Positions 55,041 through 62,305 of a stretch of DNA of 64,000 nucleotides are shown here, one piece after another. The position numbers were made by a program, and so were the translations under genes. How positions within the stretch are numbered: the first letter of the stretch is position 1; the number at the start of each line of letters is the position of its first letter. The stretch lies in NCBI GenBank assembly GCA_038142525.1, contig JAYQKE010000014.1:7309-71308 (forward strand), given 5' to 3'. This DNA comes from Rickettsiales bacterium. Lineage in GTDB: Bacteria > Pseudomonadota > Alphaproteobacteria > Rickettsiales > UBA1997. Under the pieces are notes generated by a model. That model searched no databases. It worked only from the letters and a program-made list of their open reading frames with translations, and was not told where the DNA came from.

Positions 55041-57779
55041 GGCAATTCTACCAACATATTTTAAACGAAGATTAATCTTTGATTCTTCTAAAATTTCATC
55101 AAGATAATCACGAATAAAAAACCAGCTACCCATATTTTTTGGCTCTTCCTGGCACCAGATTATTTCGGTTAATTTATATTTTTGTAATTCTTTTTTAATC
55201 AATTCTGATGGAAAAGGATAAATTTCTTCCAATCTAATAATAGTAATATGATCTAATTTTTTAGCTTCTCTAGCCTCAATTAAATCATAATAGATTTTAC
55301 CAGAACATAAAATTGCCTTTTTAATTTTTTTAGTGTTAGAATTTTCAGTTAAGATTGGCTGAAATTTAGTTTTTGGAGCAAATTCTGACAATTTTGAAAC
55401 TGCTAATTTATGACGAAGTAATGATTTTGGTGACATTACAATCAAAGGTTTTCTATCTTTAGAATGAATTTGACGACGCAGGGCGTGGAAGAAATTTGCT
55501 GGATTTGTAATATTGCAAATTCTCATATTATTATCATCAGCCGCTAATTGTAAAAACCTTTCTAACCTAGCAGAAGAATGTTCTGGACCTTGTCCTTCAT
55601 AACCATGAGGAAGTAAACAAACTAAGCCAGATTTTCTCAGCCATTTCACTTCACTTGAAGCAATAAATTGATCAAAAATAATTTGTGCGCCATTAGCAAA
55701 ATCACCAAATTGTGCTTCCCAAATGGTTAAGTGTATCAGGCGAAGATAAACTATAACCATATTCAAAACCTAAAACTGCATATTCTGAAAGAATAGAATC
55801 ATAAACTTCATATCTAGCACCTTTAATATTATTTAAGGTGTCAATTCTATTACCAGTTTCATAATCGGTTAAAACAGAATGACGGTGACTAAATGTTCCC
55901 CTTCCGGCATCTTGGCCAGTAATTCTAACATTTGAACCTTCCTCAATTAAAGAGCCAAAAGCCAAAGATTCAGCAATGCCCCAATTGATTTTTTCTTCTG
56001 AATTAAATATTTCTATTTTTTGTTGAAATTGTTTAGAAATCTTAGGATTAATATTAAAATCTTCTGGAATTTCACTAATTTTAGCGAAAATATCTTTTAA
56101 TTTTTTAGTCTCAATACCAGTTTCTGGAATTTTATTATCACCATTTTTAACATTTTTCCATTCCCCTTCAAGCCAATCACCTTTTTTAGCTTGAAATTTT
56201 TCTGCTTCAGTGAAGGATTTTTCTAAATGAGAATTAAATTCATCATTTAATTTTTTAAATTCCTCCTGAGATATAGCGCCAGCAGAAATCAATTTTTCAG
56301 AATAAAGTTTCTTTAATGTAGGGTGGTTTTTAATAATTTTATACATTACTGGCTGAGTATATAAAGGCTCATCCGCCTCATTATGGCCATATCTTCTATA
56401 AAACATAATGTCTAAAATAATGTCTTTTTTGAATTTCTGACGATACGCAGCTGCTAATTTGGTAATTTTTACAACCGCCTCTACATCATCACCATTAACA
56501 TGGAAAATTGGTGCATCAATTGCTTTAGCAAGGTCGGAAGCATAGGTTGTACTACGAGAATCTTCAGGATTAGCAGTAAAACCAATTTGATTATTGGTGA
56601 TAATATGAATTACACCCCCAGTATTATATCCTTCCAAACCATTCATCATAAGATTTTCAGCAACTGAACCCTGGCCAGCAAAAGCGGCGTCGCCATGAAT
56701 TAAAATTGCCAGGGCAGAATTACGATCAGAATCATTATAAAAATCTTGTTTAGCTCTGACCCTACCACAAACAACAGAATTTACAGCTTCCAAATGGGAA
56801 GGATTAAAAGCCAAAGAAAGATCAATTTTATTGCCAGCAATTTCACGAGAATTGGCATAACCCATATGATATTTTACATCGCCAGATTTAGTGATTTCTT
56901 TTGGAATTCCAGGAGCGCCTTTAAATTCAGCAATCATTTGGGAATAGGGCTTGCCCATAACTCCAGTTAAAACATTAAGACGGCCTCTATGAGCCATACC
57001 AATGATAATTTTTTTGACTTTATTTTTGGCAGAATTATCAATAATTTCTTCAACAGCATTAATTGAACTATCGCCACCTTCAACCGAAAATCTCTTAGCA
57101 CCAGGAAATCTTTTATGCAAAAATTGTTCAAAATTTTCAGTACGAATAATATCTTTTAAAATACGAATTTGATCATCTTTAGAAATTTTTTCTGCGGTTA
57201 AATTTTCAATTTTTTCTTCCAAAAATCTTTTTTGTTCAAAATTTCTAATATATTCAAACTCAGAAGCGATTTTAGAACAATAAGTTTGATTTAATTTATT
57301 AATAATATCAGAAATTTTAGCTTTTTTAAGACCTAATTTACCTTGAAGATCGATCTCTTTATTTAATTCTTCTGGAGAAATATTATGAAATTTGGGATCA
57401 ATTTCAATTGGAAATTCTTTTTGGGCTAATTTTAAAGGATCTAAATCGGCATTTAAATGACCAAAATTTCTATAAGCTGTAATGAGATTATTGATTTTAA
57501 TTTCAAGATCAGCAGATTTACTAGTTTTTTTTGATTTTTTTCTTCAGGCTTGGCCATTGAAGAAATATCATAATTAAAATTTAAAATAGAGATATCTTTC
57601 TTGGACCAAGAAGCTCCATCCTTATCATCAATTAATTTTTCAATATCTTCTTGATTTTCATTAAAAAAATTAACCCAACTAGTGTCAATTGAAGATGGGT
57701 TTTCAAGATATTTTTGATAAATCTCGATTATAAAGGGTAAATTTGAACTAAAAAAAACTGTTTTATCTAAATGCATCAA
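55041..57779 (-). pseudogene. sucA: 2-oxoglutarate dehydrogenase E1 component: two frameshifts and loss of the last ~30 codons
   Basis: N-terminus MMHLDKTVFFSSNLPFIIEIYQKYL... The first shift is in A8/A7 runs (plus-strand T8 57525-57532, T7 57535-57541). The second is at ..[16 protein letters not shown] (~55725). The frame runs from ..KYVGRIA straight into IS3 sequence. Confidence 0.88.
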
Positions 57780-57862
57780 ATACTAAATTTATTTATTTTA
57801 TTGCTTAATTTGCAAGCAACAGATTGTAAAATATAAAATAAAATTTTCAACTATTGAGTTGT

Positions 57863-58351
57863 TCATATTCGGCGTTTATATACTTCTTTCCCCTTAGCAA
57901 GGTTAATTAAAATTTCCCAATTTTCTTTATAATCTTGTAATTTGTTTAATGATTTGTTTTCGCCCCAATTTTCTAAGTCTTCAACTGGTATTATGTAGCA
58001 ATCTCCGTTGTTAGAATCAACACCTATTATTAAATCACAATCTTTCTTAGTATATTTATACTTTCTATTTTCAGCTTGCCTAGATATTTGCTGTCCGCTT
58101 CTTGTGCCACCCGTAAAATTTAAAGAATTGTTACCAGTTCCCTTAATTTGAATCCTTAAAAGCTTTTGATAACCTCCAATATCAACTATTGCATCATATT
58201 TTGCATTCGTTACATCAACTCTTGAGCAAGGAAAGCCTGCTTTAATAACTCTTCCTACAGCTATTAATTCGTCCGCATTTCCATTCATTGGCCTAAATAA
58301 ACCTTGTTCAATATTTGTAATATTGATTATCCATTTATTATTTTCAGTCAT
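57863..58351 (-). CDS. putative Type II restriction endonuclease (small PD-(D/E)XK-like protein)
   Basis: 162 aa starting 3 bp downstream of the MTase gene. E28 .. D53/D57 .. Q68-I-K70 show PD-(D/E)XK-like spacing. The ORF reads through the element's inverted repeat and stops in the duplicated target. The function is inferred from context. Confidence 0.55.
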   Translation of the reverse strand: MTENNKWIINITNIEQGLFRPMNGNADELIAVGRVIKAGFPCSRVDVTNAKYDAIVDIGGYQKLLRIQIKGTGNNSLNFTGGTRSGQQISRQAENRKYKYTKKDCDLIIGVDSNNGDCYIIPVEDLENWGENKSLNKLQDYKENWEILINLAKGKEVYKRRI

Positions 58352-58354
58352 TAT

Positions 58355-59386
58355 TTAAGATTTTAAGGCTTTTAGAATTTCTTTTGCGATAGCTTGTATA
58401 ACAGGAACGCTTACACTGTTGCCAAATTGCTTATAAAGCGCCGATTTTGGCATATCACTTGGCAATTTAAAACTATCATTAAAACCTTGAAATCTTGCAC
58501 ATTCTCTAGGAGTTAACTTTCTAATATCTTTGTCATCAAGCACTAAAGGCACATTATGTCCGCCAGTTCCCATATTTGCGGTTAATGTAGGGCATAAATT
58601 ACTTTTATTTTCTCTTACATATTGCCTGCGCCATTGATAACAAGTATCTTGGCTTTTCATTTCTTGCTTTAAAGTATCATAATACTTTGTTTTGTTATAA
58701 TAATATGAATTGTCATTAACTTTTCTGTCAACTAAATCTTTTATAGAAAGTCTTTTATCTGTTTTTTTAGGAAATTCAAAATTATCATAATCTTTTTGAT
58801 TTAAAAAACATACAATATAAATTCTCTCTCTGTTTTGCGGTATATTTGAATATTCGCAAGTGTTCATTACTTGATATTTTATTTTATAACATAGTTCTTC
58901 CACATAACTTACAATATGTTTAAATGTTTGCCCTTGATGATGTGATTTTAAATTTTTAACATTTTCTAAAAATAAAACTCTTGGCTTTATTTCTTTTGCA
59001 ATCTTCATTAGATCAAAAAATATTGAACCCCTATCATCTTCAAAACCTTTTCTATAACCAGCAATAGAAAAAGCCTGACAAGGAAAGCCTGCTGTCAAAA
59101 TATCAACCTTTTCTAGCTTTTTAGGGTTTAAGTTTTTTATATCATCGCAAATAACTTTATGAGAAAAGTTTGCTCTGTATGTTTTACAGGCTTTTTCATC
59201 AATTTCATTTGCCCATTTTATGCTAAATCCAGCATTTTCAAAACCCAAATCAACGCCACCAATTCCCGCAAAAAGGCTCGCTACTGTAAAATGTTTTTTT
59301 CTTGCTTGATTGGTTAATTTATTCATCACTTCTCCAAAGCTATAATCCCTATCCTGTATTTCAGGTATTCTAATTGCCTGTTTCAT
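58355..59386 (-). CDS. DNA (cytosine-5)-methyltransferase
   Basis: 343 aa with motifs FAGIGG (I), GFPCQAFS (IV), ENVKNL (VI), QNRERIYIV (VIII), TPRECARFQGF (IX) and GNSVSVPV (X). Specificity unknown. Confidence 0.92.
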   Translation of the reverse strand: MKQAIRIPEIQDRDYSFGEVMNKLTNQARKKHFTVASLFAGIGGVDLGFENAGFSIKWANEIDEKACKTYRANFSHKVICDDIKNLNPKKLEKVDILTAGFPCQAFSIAGYRKGFEDDRGSIFFDLMKIAKEIKPRVLFLENVKNLKSHHQGQTFKHIVSYVEELCYKIKYQVMNTCEYSNIPQNRERIYIVCFLNQKDYDNFEFPKKTDKRLSIKDLVDRKVNDNSYYYNKTKYYDTLKQEMKSQDTCYQWRRQYVRENKSNLCPTLTANMGTGGHNVPLVLDDKDIRKLTPRECARFQGFNDSFKLPSDMPKSALYKQFGNSVSVPVIQAIAKEILKALKS

Positions 59387-59391
59387 AGTTT

Positions 59392-60345
59392 TTAGTTTAT
59401 TAAGTTATTATAGGTAATTTTAGTATTGCTTATATTTTTCAAGCAATCAACAAATCTTTCATTATTTTGTAAATGTCTTGTGTCGTATTTATAAACAAAC
59501 TCATTGCAGTATTTTTGAATATGCTTATGGCTTACCCAGTGATAAACGCCGTTAATTCCTCGCTTCAAGTGAGACCAAAAGCCCTCAATGCTGTTTGTAT
59601 GAATCTTAAAGGCTTTTCGCTCTTCATTTTGTTTATTGGTAAATCCTTGTTTTGAATATTCGCCTTGACTGTGATTTACTCTTTGGTGATTAAATCTAAA
59701 GTTCGATATTGAGTGATAAGCTTTTGACTCGTCTGTAATTAAAATATCGCCCTCTTTAAGGTTTTTATAAACCTCATTTTGCAGGGTATTAGCTTTTGCA
59801 TCTTCAACTTTAATTGCTTTAACTTTCTTGCTTTCTCTGTCAATTAAGCCAATGACGACTGCTTTTTTCTTAACTCCTTTTATTCTATCTTTCATATGGC
59901 GATTTTGTTCTTTGCCGCCAATATAAGCCTCATCAACTTCAATAATTTCACCGCTAAAAGGTTTGTTGAAATCTTTTGATTTGCAAGCCTCTCTTATTCT
60001 TTGCAAAACAAACCAAGCCGACTTTTGCGTAATTCCAACTTGATTAGCTAATTGGCAACTTGAAATTCCTTTTTTGTTTGAATTGATTAAGAATATACAC
60101 ATAAACCATTTTTGTAAACTTAATCGTGAGTCATCAAAAATTGTACCTTTTCTTATTGAGAAGTCTTTTTTGCAATCATAACAACGATTTTTCTTGAAGT
60201 TTGATTTATATTCGTTGATATGAGTTGAGCCACAAAAAGGGCAGTATTTGCTTTCGCTCCATAAGATAGATTTTAAATATTCGTGACATTTCTTTTCTGT
60301 TTTGAAAAATGCCATAAAATCCATTAAGTTTTTAAAGTTTTTCAT
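59392..60345 (-). CDS. IS1595-family (ISXO2-like) DDE transposase with N-terminal zinc ribbon
   Basis: 317 aa with CPFCGS..CYDCKKDFS (Zn ribbon), ..VDEAYIGGKE.., ..ILITDESKAYHS.. and ..HTNSIEGFWSHLKRGINGVYHWVSHKHIQKYCNEF... Confidence 0.88.
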   Translation of the reverse strand: MKNFKNLMDFMAFFKTEKKCHEYLKSILWSESKYCPFCGSTHINEYKSNFKKNRCYDCKKDFSIRKGTIFDDSRLSLQKWFMCIFLINSNKKGISSCQLANQVGITQKSAWFVLQRIREACKSKDFNKPFSGEIIEVDEAYIGGKEQNRHMKDRIKGVKKKAVVIGLIDRESKKVKAIKVEDAKANTLQNEVYKNLKEGDILITDESKAYHSISNFRFNHQRVNHSQGEYSKQGFTNKQNEERKAFKIHTNSIEGFWSHLKRGINGVYHWVSHKHIQKYCNEFVYKYDTRHLQNNERFVDCLKNISNTKITYNNLIN

Positions 60346-60381
60346 ATACTTTTTAAATAAGTTAAGTTTTATCTAATCCTT

Positions 60382-60410
60382 ATTTTACAATAGTTTAAGG
60401 TATATGTCAA
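60382..60410 (-). promoter_or_regulatory. candidate promoter for the tnp-MTase-nuclease operon, just inside the inverted repeat
   Basis: On the minus strand: TTGACA (60405-60410), a 17-bp spacer, TAAAAT (60382-60387). It is about 37 bp upstream of the transposase ATG. Confidence 0.5.
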
Positions 60411-60456
60411 GAGAAAAAAGGGGAAATAAGTATATAAACGCCTCATATTCTCTTAA

Positions 60457-61809
60457 GGAACCTCTGATTTTCCTATTTAATTTTGTCTATTTTTTCATTT
60501 TTCAGAAAAAAATTTTTATAATTTGGATAAAGATTGCTAATTTTGTTAAAAATTAACAATCTTTATCCAAATTTAGGCATTATTTGTGGTAATTTCTCTA
60601 GTTTCTTGTCTAATTTTACCATTTTTGGCTAAATTAGACACATTTATCCCTTGTTACGCTGTATTTGGTAGTATTTTTCTAACCATATAGAGATTAGCAA
60701 GGGATGATAGCATTTGTAATTGATTAGTATTCTTTTGTAAACCATTATATCTAACCTTTCTATAGCCCCAAAGATGCTTTATAATTTGAAATGGATGTTC
60801 AACTTTAGCTCGAACTGATGAAAATTGTTTATTCCTCTTTTTTTGCTTATTTGAAAGTTTTTTGTTAGATTTAGCTCTATTGGTTATACCATAAAATATA
60901 TTGTGATTCCTACAAAATCTTTTTATTGCCTTATCATCATAGGCCTTGTCACCAAATAAAGAAGTTTCATCACCATGTAATAACTCCTCTGTTTTAGTAG
61001 AATCATGATCTTTAGCTGTCGTCGTGACAATAGAATGAATAATTGGCTTACCCTTAGTTTGCACACCAATATGAGACTTCATGCCAAAATAATAATTCTT
61101 CCCTTTCTTGGTAGAAGACATCTCTTGGTCCCTTTTCCTCTTCTTGTTTTTTGTACTAGTTGGAGCAGATATTAATGTCGCATCAGTTATCGTACCCTCC
61201 TTCAACAAAAGATCATTCTCTTCAAGATATGAATTTACCTCGTTAAATATAATCGACGATAAATTATGCTTTTCCAATAAATGACGGAATCTCAATATCA
61301 CAGTCTCATCCGGAACATTATCAATACCAATATCAATATTTAAGAATTTTTGAAAACTTATTCTATCATATATAGCATCCTCCATAGCTGGATCACTAAG
61401 ACCAAACCACTGCTGTAACAAATGAATCTTAAATATTAATAATAAATCTGTCACCTTCCTGCCACCGTAATCACTAGTACCATTAGGATAAAAAGGCTCT
61501 ATCTTATCAATCAATCTTTGCCATGGAATAATATCCGTCATTTGATTAAGAAACTTCTCCGCTCTTAATTTTCTACCAGAAATTGCTAATGAAAAAAATG
61601 ATTGCTGGGTTGCCATAATTATATATTTTATTTGAATTTAATATATCAATAATAAGCAAAAAAGCTAGATAAATCAAGCTTTTCTGGCTATTTTTATCAA
61701 ATAAATTCAAACACAATTTTATAAAATAACTTTGCTAAACTTTGGCAAAAATAACAAAATTAAACAGTTTCAAATCTATAAATTAGATAATTGGTTTTTC
61801 AGAGGTTCC
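60457..61809 (-). mobile_element. IS5-family element (type A), full length (1353 bp), intact, with TSD
   Basis: Both termini are intact. TTAA is duplicated at 60453-60456 and 61810-61813. There is one extra A in a non-coding run. Confidence 0.93.
60654..61616 (-). CDS. IS5-family DDE transposase, intact
   Basis: 320 aa, identical to the copy at 15495-16457. Confidence 0.95.
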   Translation of the reverse strand: MATQQSFFSLAISGRKLRAEKFLNQMTDIIPWQRLIDKIEPFYPNGTSDYGGRKVTDLLLIFKIHLLQQWFGLSDPAMEDAIYDRISFQKFLNIDIGIDNVPDETVILRFRHLLEKHNLSSIIFNEVNSYLEENDLLLKEGTITDATLISAPTSTKNKKRKRDQEMSSTKKGKNYYFGMKSHIGVQTKGKPIIHSIVTTTAKDHDSTKTEELLHGDETSLFGDKAYDDKAIKRFCRNHNIFYGITNRAKSNKKLSNKQKKRNKQFSSVRAKVEHPFQIIKHLWGYRKVRYNGLQKNTNQLQMLSSLANLYMVRKILPNTA

Positions 61810-61960
61810 TTAAGAATTAATAATTGCTTTTATAATAAAAAAATTTACCATCACTTTCAAGTGAACCAGAACATATGACAGATTAGAGTCTTTATGTCTT
61901 TAATCTTTGTTTTGCGATTATTGTCTTTGGCAATAATATTAGAATATCAAAAGTCATAAT

Positions 61961-62176
61961 TTAGGTTTAATGGAGCAATTTTTCTGTTTAATGAAGTAAA
62001 TTTCGATTAAATTTTTATCAAATGAAAGCCCTTCATTTAGGTTTAATGGAGTTTTTTATCAAACTGAAAGACCATCTTCCTTTTCTAATTTTACGATTAA
62101 TCAATAGAAAGTTTTTATCAAATGATAGATCATAGCAATTATCATTTAAAAGTTATTTTAAATTGATAATTGCTAT
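61961..62176. repeat. direct repeats and a 45-bp palindrome upstream of the PKS gene
   Basis: TTAGGTTTAATGGAG occurs twice (61961, 62036). TTTTTATCAAA(T/C)TGA(A/T)AG occurs three times (~62012, 62053, 62112). ATAGCAATTATCA (62132-62144) pairs with TGATAATTGCTAT (62164-62176). Confidence 0.7.
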
Positions 62177-62305
62177 AAATCTACTATTTAACCTTAGTTT
62201 TAAGAGATTCTGATTTTATAAAAAATTGATGAATTTCTTATATTATTAAGGATAAAAAATGCTTATTATCATTAATAAAATTTATCCAAATTTATCGTTT
62301 ATTTT

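Larger units (their letters stand above)
57871..60442 (-). mobile_element. IS1595-family transposon carrying a Type II restriction-modification gene pair
   Basis: The inverted repeats GGCGTTTATATACTTCTTTCCCC (57871-57893) and GGGGAAATAAGTATATAAACGCC (60420-60442) match at 22 of 23 positions. The 8-bp direct repeat TCATATTC is at 57863-57870 and 60443-60450. Three tightly packed co-directional genes lie between them. Confidence 0.8.

Noticed and set aside
57863-58351. The small gene next to the C5-methyltransferase could be a Vsr-type very-short-patch repair endonuclease rather than a restriction enzyme.
   Set aside because: I see no Vsr-like sequence features. The E..D..QxK spacing fits a generic PD-(D/E)XK nuclease instead. 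The restriction-enzyme call is still an inference from context and is scored accordingly.
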